The position numbers and the translations under genes are program-made. This document shows positions 1 to 25,857 of a stretch of DNA of 64,000 bases, piece after piece. How positions within the stretch are numbered: the stretch's first letter is position 1; every line of letters begins with the position of its first letter. Below the pieces are notes generated by a model. The model was not told the DNA's origin. It saw nothing but the letters and a program-made list of their open reading frames with translations, and made no database searches. Source of the stretch: Sphagnum compactum (taxonomy: Eukaryota). Location: NCBI GenBank assembly GCA_965153455.1, contig OZ234494.1, forward strand, positions 4,278,001 through 4,342,000. The letters run 5' to 3'.

Positions 1-582
1 AAAATCTTTTTTTAAATATTGATATTGATATTGATAATTTAATTGGCACCCCAATTTCTTTTAACGTACCAAAAATTTATTGAAATCAAGAGGTTAAACC
101 ACGAGAAGAAATCTTGTCTTTTTCCACCCCCACACATTGCAACTATTGTCGAATTTGATTACATTTCAACTACATTTGACTATCTTAAGTTTGCAAGTGG
201 CTTGCTATATTAATAATGGTCAATATTGTTCATAGTTGTTATGTTCATTTATGAATATAATTTGGACCTTCTTTAATTATAAAATTTGAATTTCATAAAC
301 AATTTCATGCCAAACATGATAAATTTAAAAAATTTCATCATTATTAATAAAGTCTTGAAGTGGTTTGGTGGTCAGGATGTAAGTGTGTTTCCATGAGGTA
401 TTGGGTTTAATCCTTGATGGATGCATGTATTAATGTATCTTGTACAAATGCAACTTACAAACATATACATCATGGTGAATACATACACATGTACATCATC
501 ATACTTAAATGGTGTCAAAACATTGTTGTCGACAAAATCAAAAAATAAATAAATTTTTTTTTTTTTTTTTTTCACGGCATGT

Positions 583-607
583 AAATTTGTCACAATGTGA
601 CAAATTT
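583..607. repeat. Perfect palindrome (12-bp arms, 1-nt spacer) between a poly-T run and a poly-A run
   Basis: aaatttgtcaca-a-tgtgacaaattt. The T run is at ~554-572 and the A run at ~635-655. Confidence 0.85.
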
Positions 608-3600
608 GTGATCCATGATTCCATGATCCAAAGGGAAAAAAAAAAAAAAAAAAAAGTTATATGATGATGTGACATGTTATGCCACATCATATTAATTTGG
701 GACCTCATATATCCATGTCATAATTTTTTAATTGAAAATTATCTAGTGTAACATGTGACTATCCAAGATGATTAAAAAATATTACATTAAAAATGTCTTA
801 ATCAACTAGTCCTTTTTAACCAAAACCATACAAGTTGGATATTAGTGAATTTTTTTCTTTTTCACTAAAAATCTAGTGAATTTGGGTAATGGAAAAAAAA
901 TAAAAATTCTTCTTATAAACAAACATCATTATTCCATCCAACTTGAAGTCAATTTTTAATAAATTGAAGATATGAGTCCCTAAGGATAAGATATTTGAAA
1001 ACGCTTTCCTTTTAAAATTCCCAATCACAAATTACTTATAAATTCATTGTGTTAGATTTTTAAATTTTATTTGAATAAAATAAAATTAGGGTTAATTTAT
1101 TCCCTTTACCATCTTTGTGTGAAGTACAGATCCAATTAGAAAACACCTTAAAACCTACCTCTCATTTCAACTGAAGATAATAAGATTTAATCTAATTTGT
1201 TTCGTTATAACATATAAAAATGGTATAATGATTGATAGAATCCAATGCCCATCATCAAAAACTACTTCATGACCAATTTAAATAATTAAATAAGGTTTCA
1301 TGAATCATGATGCTTATGAACCCATAAATTGCCCTTGTTAATCAAATTATAAAAAGTGGTGGAATTGGGTTTTTCATTCGTGGCACATTTTTTTTATTTT
1401 GCAAAAATGAAACAAAAAAATTGAAAGAGAAAAAATGTTTTTTGGGGTGTAAAATATATTTCTTTAGTGAGAAATTTCCATTTTTGTGAAATTAAAACAA
1501 TAGTGAACAAAAAAAAAAGGCCGAATGGGTCAATTTATTGACTTTTTGACCTAACCAAAGTAGAATCAATTTAAAATTTTTTCCCTCTTACATTTAAGAT
1601 AGGACATGCTTGGATGATGTGTTATATTGAATGATAATATTTATTTTGAATGCAAATGGATATGCAATTTCTCATTATGAGCCAAGTTTTGAATATAGGG
1701 CAATGTTTTTTAATATGTATATAGGTCATTGTTGATATCATGCAAAAGAAAATAAGGTTAAAAAAATGACATCTTCTTTACAAAATCAATATATTTTACA
1801 AACAAAATATATGGATTAAGGTTAAATTCCCAAAAAAATAATTCATGAAATAATGAATGCCAATTTTTACATTTGTGATCAAAATATTACATGATTTCCT
1901 TAACAATGTGTGGGATTAAGCTTGACTTGTTGTTTGTGTAAGGTAAAGCCTTTGGATGGGGGATTATGAGAAAAAGGGACCCACTTCAAGTGAGAGTCAA
2001 GGGCAAGTCATCATGAACTCTTTTAATTCCCATGTATGTGGGCTTTATTCGATTTAAAGCACTTCGCCATCTATTGATGGACGAACAATAAATAATCCCA
2101 CTAAATGGGGATGATGAAGGGTGGAAATTTGATGAAAAAATTTAAATTTATGTAAGAGGCATAAAAGTCCATGTGTAATTAAAAAATTTCATCACACATA
2201 GTGGGGAGATCATTATTCTCGTAAGGCCCACCATTATTGGTGTATGTTATAAGTAGTGTTGTGAAGGATTCTAATTTCCAAAGTTAAAATTAGGGGTTTA
2301 AGGCCAAGTTCTTGTGACGTGACTTGAATTCACACCATTTTTGTTGGAGCCAACAACACAAAAACTAGATTGTGAAACTAGTCTTTTGATAGATCTAGAC
2401 TTGAATTTGGAATCATAAAAAAAATAGCATGTTTTTATGTAGGAAATTTTTGAAAAGTTGACAAGGAGGCTCAACTTCAAACTTAAATATTAATTTAATT
2501 TTATTAGTTGATGAAACTTTGTATTTATATAGACCTTGGTTTTAATTTTGTTATAAAATCTTGCACCTATACAATATCTAACATAATGGAATTTGTAATG
2601 TGTACATGAAATTAGACTCAATTTTTGAACCAGGCCCAAAGGTTCTTGAATTTGAAAAAATATGTGAGAATTGAAATCACATTGTTAAAAATAATAAAAA
2701 ATTGAACTCAAACTTGCACCTGAAGAAATTTCAATATTTTTTAAAACATCAAAACTAAGACTAGAAGTTATTAGAAAAAAGAAGAATTGCACAACATTGG
2801 TTTTAAATGTCAATACTTTATTTTTATTTAAAATGGCCAGATGACTAATGTTATCACACAAAGCCATAATAATCTAATTTAATAATTATTACATTAAATA
2901 TACTTTTCATGTTTATAGTCTATTCCTTTTGAAAGTGCATGTGCATATTGTCAAGCTTAAATTTTCCCTACATGTTAACAAAATGGATTTATATTATGGT
3001 TGAAAAAGGGTACTTATATTGGCAAATTGCATTTATTACACAATGATTCACATGTCTCATGTAATTGACATTTGATAATCCTTGATTCGCCAATTGTTGC
3101 CATAAATCTTTCACAACCCATGTATAAAGTAATCATATTATTGAAATGCTTGTAGTTAGTAAATTTATTTTCAACCTAATTTGTGTAACAATTTGACAAT
3201 TTATCTATCCCAATTTCACAAGTCATAAGATTTTAAATATTTTATTTGTCTTGTGTCTAATTTGGATTTGCTTACAACAATAACATTAATGATAAAATAA
3301 AAACAACAAATGTACGTTGTAGCAACATGTAGGACTTCATGGGGTAGTATATCTAAGCTTTTTCACCAAAATGTGTAATGTCATAATAAATTAAAATTAA
3401 AAGTGTAATATGCAACCATATTAAGGCTAAATGTAAAAATAATAGAACAAGTAAAATGAACAAGATACACTATAAAAGGAAAGTAAACAAAGTTCAAACA
3501 CCATTGACACAACTTTTGAAAGAGATCAATCAACAAGTAGGGGGAAACATGGTAAAATTATCAAATTGTGATCCTTGCACATTTATTTATTTATTAATGT

Positions 3601-6195
3601 CAATTAAATTCAAACATAACATATAATAGGTTGAAAGAGTTTTTTTTGGTGAAAGTATTAAAAAAGTTACAATTTAAATGTTTTTGTATGACAATATTTA
3701 AAAGCCATGTGTTTAATAATCAATTATGATTTTTTAGAAACATGCAATTAATAGAGGACAAGAACTTTCAAATGGTGTGTTTGTTTTCATGAAAGTAGGT
3801 GTGAAATAATTCAAAAAAATTGATATTATACTTTCTAATTGATGATGCTTCCAATTTGTTATAAAAACTATATATATATATATAGTTTAATAAATGCAAA
3901 GAAAGTATGATTCAACTTGTGTTTTCAAATCAATTTCTTGCATGTTTTTATCTTACAATCATTTCCTTTCACTTGGATTTAGATTTTTAAAATCTTAAGA
4001 ATAGAGTACAAATGGTTTGGTATTGACATTCACTATATATATGCATTAAAATTGATTCAAGAACTATATTTCTTATTACAATTTACCATGATTGGCAACT
4101 TTGTGGAATTTACAATGGGCCAATTAATATGAATATATTACATGAAAACAACATAAGAAGTGACACATTAAGAGGTGAGGGAAAAGTTTGTCTTCAACAT
4201 ATGTCATGAACTCATTGTTCATTGAAGTAAACAAAATGTAACAATGCTAGCAATGTTTGCAATCAACACACACATAGAATAAGTGAATGAAAGGGAGTTA
4301 AATAAAAGAAGTTGAGCATGGAACCAACAAAATCCAAGAAAAAACCATGCGAATCATGAAAGAGGGACATTCAATACAACATACAATGGGGCAAGAAACA
4401 AACAAGGGGAATTAGGAGAATGTCCAAAACCAACAAGATGAATCAAGACATGTTAAAATCAACACATGAATTCACAAGGTGTGGCAAGACAAAAAGAATA
4501 AAATGGTGGTTCATTATAAAATGTTTGAACACAAATAACAACAAAGGGTTGGCATGAAAAAATAAGTCATATTGTCTTTCAAACATATTATGCAATAGAA
4601 TTATCCATAAAAAAATAGGCATGTTAGTGGGTTTTCAACTTAAGTTTGACTGAAATAAGGTGCAAATCGTAGAACAATGGATGAATGAATAATGAAACAA
4701 AATAACAACGGGTCAAACTTAAAAACCCACATAAATTGGTGGTCACGGGAATTTTCAATTTTGTGTTTTCAAGCTCGGTCTGCTTGTTTTCTTTTGTTCA
4801 AGTAGATGAAGGTCTTTAGTTGTATGTGTGGGGTTGACTTTCAATAGTTAAGAGCTTGGAGAGTGTTTTTGTTCGTGTTTTGTGGTGAGAAAAAGGGCAA
4901 AACCGTGTGTGTGTGTGTGTTCAATCCTGGTTTTTGTGGAAATTTTGTGTGTTTGAGGACAAAAATGTGTGTGTTTTGCAAATTTTGTATGTGGTGAGAA
5001 TTTTTGATGAGGCTAGTTGTTGCAAGAGAGGGGGGGTTGCAAGGTTTTGGGTTGTGGTAGAGAGGGGTTTAAGAAGAGAAGGATTTGGGAAGAAAAGGTT
5101 GTCACCAGGTGCTGAGTTTTGAATATTGGTCTTCACTGGGTTACTACTGCAAGCATAGTTCAAAATTCAGGGGGCCAAAGGTGAGCCCAAAAGCACAGGG
5201 TGACTTTCAAAGATAACTCTAAGTTATGAAATCAAAAAAAGGATCACAATCCTGAATACAAAGAATGCAGAGTAGGTGTGTTCTTTGTTCTTAGGAAGGC
5301 CTAATATCTCCTCCAAGTTCCAACCCCTCCTCCTCTTTAGGTTTCGGAGGTTAATAACTAGTACAAATTAGGCTTTGATTAATAGTTCTGTTCCATGGGT
5401 CACTAAGGTACAAGCACCTAATGTTAATGTTACTATGTTTATCAAATGAATGTATCCCCCTTTCTGTTTTATCATTCATTTTGTGTTGTGATTCAACCCA
5501 TTGGAATGAAAAATAGAGATGAATTATGGGCATTGGGGGATGATATATAGGACTGTGGTCATGTGAAAAACCTCATCCTTTTTTGTGTTGATGATGAATG
5601 CATAAATGGGATAAAAAACACCTTCCATTGTTGATTTTCCTTTATAAATTTTTTTGTTCTTTAAATAAAATAAAATTTGGGGAAAATTTTCAACATTTCT
5701 ACAAATAAAATATAATTAGTAGTGTTGAACCTACCAAGGTACTACTCGGTATCCACACCCAAATGAAGAGGAACACTTTAAGTTACTTGTTGCAAAAATT
5801 GGCCCATCCTTCCAAAAACACAAAATAGAAAATTAAAACCCCATTTTATGATCCATACCCACCCCTAAAAAAACTATAAATAATAAATAATAAATAAATT
5901 ATAGAGAAAAAAAACCTGAACACTATGGCGGCTGCTGGCGGCTACTGACTGCACGTTGCTCTTAGAGAGAGGATAGGTACCTACGACCTACTACATATAG
6001 GTACCTACAATAGGCACAATTGAACACGCTTTGTGAATAGAGCGCAGGAAATTTTAACCGTGGGGTAAAAATCCTGGTGGGTGGGCAGATGTGAATAGTG
6101 AGGGTAATAATTGGAGTGGACTGTCACGGCAGTTTCACTTCACTTGTTTTGTTATTTTGGCACCTAAGGTAGGTTACTGGAGTCTTGGTTGAGTT

Positions 6196-6446
6196 AACCT
6201 TGGGTAAACAAGCACCCACGTTGGTACCATGGTTAAAATCCCCAAAATCCATTAGAATTATTTCTAAATATTACGAATATCCCATGCTTACATTAATTCA
6301 GGGTGGTCTTTTGAGTTGAAATCTAACAATTTTGGGGATTAATATGGCCATAAAGAGGCCTCACTACAAAAAAAAGAAAGAAAAAGAGAAAAAGGAAGTG
6401 AAGTTACCAAGTAGCTACCAACGTGGGTGCTGGTTCACGCAGGGCC
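6196..6446. mobile_element. MITE, probably Mutator-type
   Basis: 31-bp imperfect TIRs at 6196-6226 and 6416-6446 (25/31 match, with a perfect 16-bp core agcacccacgttggta). Flanked by the direct repeat ggttgagtt at 6187-6195 and 6447-6455. A 9-bp TSD is typical of MULEs. Confidence 0.75.
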
Positions 6447-6698
6447 GGTTGAGTTAAACTCGACATTTAACTACGGGTAAGTAAGAGTTAGGGGGGGGGG
6501 TGAAAGACATGTTGTTGTCTGGCGACAAGAGACAGGACCTGGAAGTTATATAAGAACATGAGAAAGTTCCCCTAACACGAGACATCAATTTGAGGTGATT
6601 GAAAGTGACGTGTGAAAACGTCACCTCGGATTTGGGACCACACCACAGGGTTCGGGTCAGTGTTAAGAAAAAAAAGAAAAAGGAATTCTATTATTATT

Positions 6699-6950
6699 GT
6701 GTGGCTAAAGTGGCAATCATCTTTTGGAAGATTTAGCCAAATCTGGCTAGAAACCAGATGTCAAGTACAAATCTTTAATTAATTATCAACCCTCTAAATT
6801 TATGGCTAAAACTTGAAAACTAAATATAAAAATCTGGCGATTTATTATTATCATTATTCAGTTCTAACGATTAAAAAGCCTCCAGAATCACTAATTCATA
6901 TTCGATTTTTATTTTTTTATTGTATTCACTTTTGGGCGAAATTTCGCCAG
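6699..6950 (+). repeat. Dispersed short repeat family (ggcaatcatc..gaagatttagccaa), with palindrome ggcgaaatttcgcc
   Basis: Related diverged copies at ~29595-29660 and ~29770-29840, and reversed at ~39150-39212. Confidence 0.55.
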
Positions 6951-7359
6951 TTAAAATAGAAAAGGCTGCATCAGGGATACCTGTAGAATCTTGATACGTT
7001 ATCTTAACCATGGTTACGGACACGGGTTGGGACGTCGGAGGTTCCTGGCCGGGCGCGTCGCGGTTGCTTCCATCGCTTTTGCTCTGTTTGCGCGCGTTTT
7101 GTGTCGCGTTAGTCTCGTCGTCGAGATCGTCGTCGTCGTCGTCGCCGAGAAGGTTGTTGTTTGTTCTTCGCATTTCTCTTCTCTCGCTCATCTTCTGCAC
7201 GCACGCTTGAACTAAGTTCAGGAGGCTTGCTTATAATTCGGGATATAAGATCTCTGAACCAAATTCTCTGGCTTAGCAGCACCTGGTAGGTAATCAATTC
7301 TTTTTGGTAGCTAGGAACCTTCCTTCAAGCTCGTGAACGTGCGCGGAATTTGGAAGTGG

Positions 7360-7467
7360 ATGATGCAGTTCGTTCTCTCTCTGACCATCATCATGCAGCT
7401 GCTCAAGCCACCAGGAGCAGAGAGTTCTATTACTTGTGCTGTGGACGTTGAAGGAGGGAGGAGCTGA
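7360..7467 (+). promoter_or_regulatory. Candidate 35-aa uORF upstream of the MAPKK
   Basis: ATG..TGA encodes MMQFVLSLTIIMQLLKPPGAESSITCAVDVEGGRS and ends 65 nt before the MAPKK ATG. Whether it lies in the mature mRNA is unknown. Confidence 0.35.
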
Positions 7468-7532
7468 CAAAAGAAGAAGAAGCAGCAGCAGTAGGAAATA
7501 AGGAAGGAGCATCTGGAGTGTTGCGTTGTCAT

Positions 7533-8588
7533 ATGGCTGCTGCAAATGAAAGCCGGAGGATCTGCAGGCCGGTACTTTCCCTATCCCTGCCACGCCGTGA
7601 TCCAGTACCTCAGCCACTGCCACTTCCACCGCCATTTGCAGACAGCAGCAGTGTTAACAGGAATTTCAAGTTTCCCACTACTAGTATTCCAGCAGCACTG
7701 CAAGGACGGAAAGAAGAAGTCTGCCTTGATGACCTAGACCTAGACAGCAAGTGCTTTCTAGGAGCTGGCAGTGGAGGCAAAGTCTACAGAGTTGTGCACC
7801 GACGGACTGGCCGTATTTATGCCCTCAAGATCATACAGGAGATGCAGCAATATGAGCTTGCTGTGCGCAGGCAGATAATGAGAGAAATGGAGATTCTGCG
7901 GCGGGCCAAATCCCCACATTTGGTTGAATGCTACGGGGTTTTTGATCATGGGGGAGAAGTGTGTTTTGTGCTTGAATTCATGGATGGAGGAACACTTGCA
8001 GATGTGCTCAAGTTCCACAGGACAATCAGTGAGACATACCTAGCTCAGGTTACCAAGCAAGTGCTCTTAGGGTTACAGTATCTCCACAAACATAAGATTG
8101 TGCACCGGGACATCAAGCCTTCCAATCTGCTCATCAATCGCCGGCAGCAGGTCAAGATTGCTGACTTTGGTGTGAGTACGGTGCTTGCACACACTTTTGC
8201 TCAATGCAATTCTTTTGTTGGTACCTGTGCATACATGAGTCCCGAGCGTTTTGATCCTGATGGCAATGGCTCTTGTGAATATGGCTACTCTGCTGATATC
8301 TGGAGCCTTGGTCTCACACTTTTGGAATGTGCTATTGGTCGTTTTCCATGCTTGCAACCTGGGGAGAAGCCTGACTGGCCAACCCTAATGTGCGCAATTT
8401 GTTTGGGAGATCCGCCTTCACCACCCCCTGATGCTTCTCCAGAGTTCAAGAACTTCATAGTGCGCTGCTTGCAGAAAGATGCTGTGCGGCGGCCATCAGC
8501 AGAGATGTTGTTGACTCATCCCTTTGTCAAGAATAGTGAATTGCAACCATGTTCTGTCTCTACTTTGTTACAAGGCTTAGTGTTATGA
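7533..8588 (+). CDS. MKK: Mitogen-activated protein kinase kinase (intronless, plant group D-like), 351 aa
   Basis: Kinase motifs GAGSGGKV, YALK, HRDIKPSN, DFG. Activation loop T-x5-S (TFAQCNS) followed by GTCAYMSPERFD. N-terminal basic/LxL docking site RRICRPVLSL. First ATG is at 7533 (the ORF track starts at an upstream GTG). Confidence 0.95.
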   Translation: MAAANESRRICRPVLSLSLPRRDPVPQPLPLPPPFADSSSVNRNFKFPTTSIPAALQGRKEEVCLDDLDLDSKCFLGAGSGGKVYRVVHRRTGRIYALKIIQEMQQYELAVRRQIMREMEILRRAKSPHLVECYGVFDHGGEVCFVLEFMDGGTLADVLKFHRTISETYLAQVTKQVLLGLQYLHKHKIVHRDIKPSNLLINRRQQVKIADFGVSTVLAHTFAQCNSFVGTCAYMSPERFDPDGNGSCEYGYSADIWSLGLTLLECAIGRFPCLQPGEKPDWPTLMCAICLGDPPSPPPDASPEFKNFIVRCLQKDAVRRPSAEMLLTHPFVKNSELQPCSVSTLLQGLVL

Positions 8589-10279
8589 CTGAAAGGGATT
8601 TCACCCCATGGTCCATCTAATCTCATGCTTCTTCTGTGGTAGATGTATTCCTGGCTCTGTAGTTTGGCTTCTGCTTGAGTGCAGATTTTTAGGGTTGAGT
8701 GCAGATGTTTGTCATCACAGGGCCTGCCTTTCTTGTCTTGTATCCATATTTCCTGTCTGTGACAAGTTCCATTGTGTTAGTCCCCTTTGTTTACAGCCAC
8801 TGCTGCCACCGTGGCAGTTTGAGGAGAAAAGTTAGAGCCTTTGATTGTGGCATTGATCACCTCATACTGCCATCAGGAGCAATGCTAGAGGCCAGCCTTC
8901 ATGCAGGGGCATCAAGCACAACAAATGCTAGGGTTTTCTTGGGATTCCCCTCCCTGATATCAAGCATTAAACTGTAGAGAACATGCAAAGGGTGTATATA
9001 TATATATATGTACAGTCATGAAATTGTGCAAATTGCTTCACAAATTGCAGTTTGCACCCTTTGTTTCCAGGTCCACCAGAAATGCCAGTTTAGAGGAAAA
9101 AAATGGTGTGCACCTTAAACCAATAGGTACTGAAGATGAGCTTGGAGTCTTGTTTCCTGTGATAAATTCTAGTCTTTGTGAACCCCTTAGGTCTATTAAT
9201 ATGGTTGTGTTTTCTCTTCAGTAAAAAGTACAGATGTTTGGAATGAAAGGGATGTTGTACAACTGAGAGACCTTGGAATACCTTGGATCTCCCTTCAAAG
9301 CTGGAACAGGTGCAGAACAGCCACCATCATTTGTCTTTCCATGTTTTCTTCACATGGCTTTTGGTCACTATTCGAAACTTCTCTTTCCATCTTCTCAGCA
9401 CATTTTTTGCCTATGGAATCTCTTGCTCTGAATTGAATGCTGTGTATACAAAAGCAAATGTTGTTAGCTTTCATTTTATCAGAAGTGTTCCTCCTGTGAT
9501 AAGGTCTTTGCTCTAGTATACATCTGCTTTTGCTATGGACATGGATTTCTGTAGTTGTGGAATTTTAGTTCCCCCATGATTCAGATTTTTTTGGATCTGC
9601 TGAGCTTTGTTGAAATTGTATGTGTAGTTCAGAATGTCTAGTGGTAGCCTATGGGTCAATTTTTATCTGAAAGTGGTGGAACCCAACACTCCTTGTCCCC
9701 AGAATTGAGCAACTAGGTCAAACTCTTTTACAGCGCCTTATACAATGTCCAGTTAGGGTGAAGAGAATGATGCCTGACCACAGTCTTTTTGAGCCCAAGG
9801 AACTACAAAACATAGTGATGATTGAACAAAGTTTGCTCAGAGTATCTTCCTCCAAATTGGTGCTTGTGGGACACTTGTGTGGACATTGTTACATTGCCAA
9901 GGCCTATGCCCATTTTGAGTTTTTAATACCCACTTGCTTCTGTGACTGGATTAGTGGATTTCAGTTGGATTGTGTCCAATCAAAACATGTATCTTGTGTT
10001 GCAGTCTCAGTAACATTACCTCATAGTAGACCATTCAGCTTGACTGGAAGCATGAGGCAGATCAACTGTTTTCCTTGAAAAAGATGCTTGAAGGTGAGAA
10101 TCTCATTGCCAACCCCACAAGAAGAACTGTGGACCAATTCCCTTCAAATCTCAATTGAAACATATGAAACTTTGGACGCAAATGACATCCCAAAGACAAT
10201 TATAGTATGCACTTACATATGTAGCTTCAATAGCCATGAGAAAGCACATTTTTCTTCATTAGGCAGTGCTTTAGAAAAC

Positions 10280-10765
10280 TGACATTTCACAAACTTTGGA
10301 GACTAACTAAAATCACACAATAGATTCCAAAAGAATTGACATTTCATAACTTTGGAGACTAGTTGTGCACAAAATCACACAATAGATTCCTAAAAAAATC
10401 ACATTTCATGACTTCGGATACTAAGTTGTGCACATAATCACCTGATAGATTCCCAAAAAATTGACATTTCATGACTTTGGATACTAAGTTGTGCACATAA
10501 TCACATGATAGATTCCCAAAAAATTGACATTTCATGAGTTTGGATACTAAGTTGTGCACAGAATCACATGATAGATTCCCAAAAAATCTACATTTCATGA
10601 CTTTGGATACTAAGTTGTGCACAAAATCACACAATAGATTCCAAAGAAAATTGACATGTCATGACTTTGTAGACTAGTAGCACCCGAAATCACTTAATTT
10701 CCAATAGAGTTGACATTGCATGACTTTGGAAACTCAATGTGCACAAAATCACACAATAGACTCCC
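10280..10765. repeat. Minisatellite, ~63-bp unit, ~8 copies
   Basis: Unit tgacatttcatgactttggatactaagttgtgcacataatcacatgatagattcccaaaaaat starts at ~10280, 10337, 10399, 10462, 10525, 10588, 10652 and 10711. The central copies are nearly identical. Confidence 0.92.
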
Positions 10766-12537
10766 ACCATTTCTCGGAGTGAATGTAAGTCATTTTCCAC
10801 TTCCAATTTGAATGATTGGATTCAGATCGTGAAAACATGTCTGAATTTGGCTCTCAAAGGATGCAGGGTTGATATAAAATTCAGAATTCTGTGAAGGGAT
10901 TTGAGAGTCAATTTACTTCAACATGCTTTCATATACCCAAAATTTCAAATGCCAAAGTTGGATCGGAAAGTGGTTTTAAAAACCTGTCAAGCACTCCAAG
11001 AATATCCTTGGCCATGCCTTGACCCGCACTCTGAGGCACAGGTGAGACCCGATCACAAATCAGAAATCTCCTAGTGGATTTAGGGGTGCACCTTATATCA
11101 GTGAATATCCCTCTTAAAAAAGAGGAGGGAGAAATTTCTTATTGTATTTGGGGTCCATCTTATTAATGCGAGCTCATAGAAAAGAGGAGGGTTTTTACAC
11201 CTACACTCCTCAAGTGTGTATCAGCTGTTCTTACACCTATAATCATATATATTAACTCATTGAAGAACATAATTGGGAGGACCTTATTGCAAGAGGAATC
11301 CGTGGCTCACACTTATCCTATAATCAAAGAGTAAAATAACTCATGTACACTAAAGTCATGGGTGTAAAGTCACCCTTTCTTCAGACCTTGCTTTGACCCT
11401 GTTTCATCCCCAGTTTTGAGTGTGTCTGAGAAGTGAACTAAATTGGGTACCATTTGGGTCTCAGTTCAGAAGATTCGCAGGATGATTTTCTGACACTTCT
11501 TTGATTGAATGAAAGAATATGAGAACCAGTCAAGGCAAATCCAAAACTGGGTATGAAACTCCTCAGTTTAGGTGAGAAAACTAGTTTGGTCCACAGCATT
11601 TTTCATCAAGTACTGTTTTCATCCTGACTTTCTCATTTTGTTGACAGCTTCTGTGAAACTGGGGGCCCATACAATCATTAAACAGACACCAAGGTCAGAT
11701 CAATCACGAATTGAAGGAGGCTTCTCAATCAAATTTGAGATGATCAAGTAAATATGAGAGCTGTTGTATCTTAATGAATAAGGCACATCTTCAGAATTTG
11801 AGTTGCACTCTAAATCCTCAAGTCAGAGGTTCCTCTCCAAAAGTTAGAGTGAAGTAATTAGCTTTGCACTGGGAAGCAAACCATGCCAAACCTGCTACTA
11901 ACTGAAAAAAGAATTAGGTACCAAGTTCTCAGATACTGGCGACCATACCTTGTCATGACCCAACAATGGGTCACCCAGTAAATTACTTTCTTCCAAATCT
12001 ATCAAACTTTTGGCCCACTTTCATTTGCACAGAGAGAGTAATTGACATCCTGACAACCTTCATGAGCAATAAACTCATATGCTGGTGAGACTGACCTGCA
12101 CCACTATTCATTCCTCTAACTCCATTCCCTAGTAGGTTTGAATATGAATCAGACCTCAAAGGACAGCTACCTCCAATTGAGATGGAGGAAATTGGGCAGG
12201 TGTAAATTTCAGCTTACACTGAACATGTGATATGCCACACCCATCTTCCGACAGATCACTCTGTGAAAAATCAGTTTTAGTCCAGTTTTAAAGCAAACTC
12301 AGATCTTGATGAATATAAAGCCAATGTGGAACAGTATCCCTTGGCCATAAAACCATTTCTGAAGCTGTTCCTATAGAATGGTGTCTCAAAATACATATCC
12401 AAATAGTGGACATGCCTTCTCTGATTCAACTGAGTGAATTTCCAGGAAAGGTAAATAATCATTCCACCCAAGAAAGTGCCAGCAAACTCATTGGTCTGAT
12501 AAAACCAAAAACCAGACCCTTGGTGGTTCAGTGAAGC

Positions 12538-25857
<13,320 letters not shown>

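Noticed and set aside
4740-5350. Higher-GC island with 71- and 80-aa ORFs
   Set aside because: Low-complexity GT/GA-rich sequence with no domain, splice model or miRNA match that I can support.
10280-10765. CRISPR-like array
   Set aside because: Whole units repeat with no unique spacers, there are no cas genes, and the context is eukaryotic.
11188-11376. Possible old MITE (tttacacc...ggtgtaaa inverted ends)
   Set aside because: The TIR similarity is too degraded and there is no TSD.
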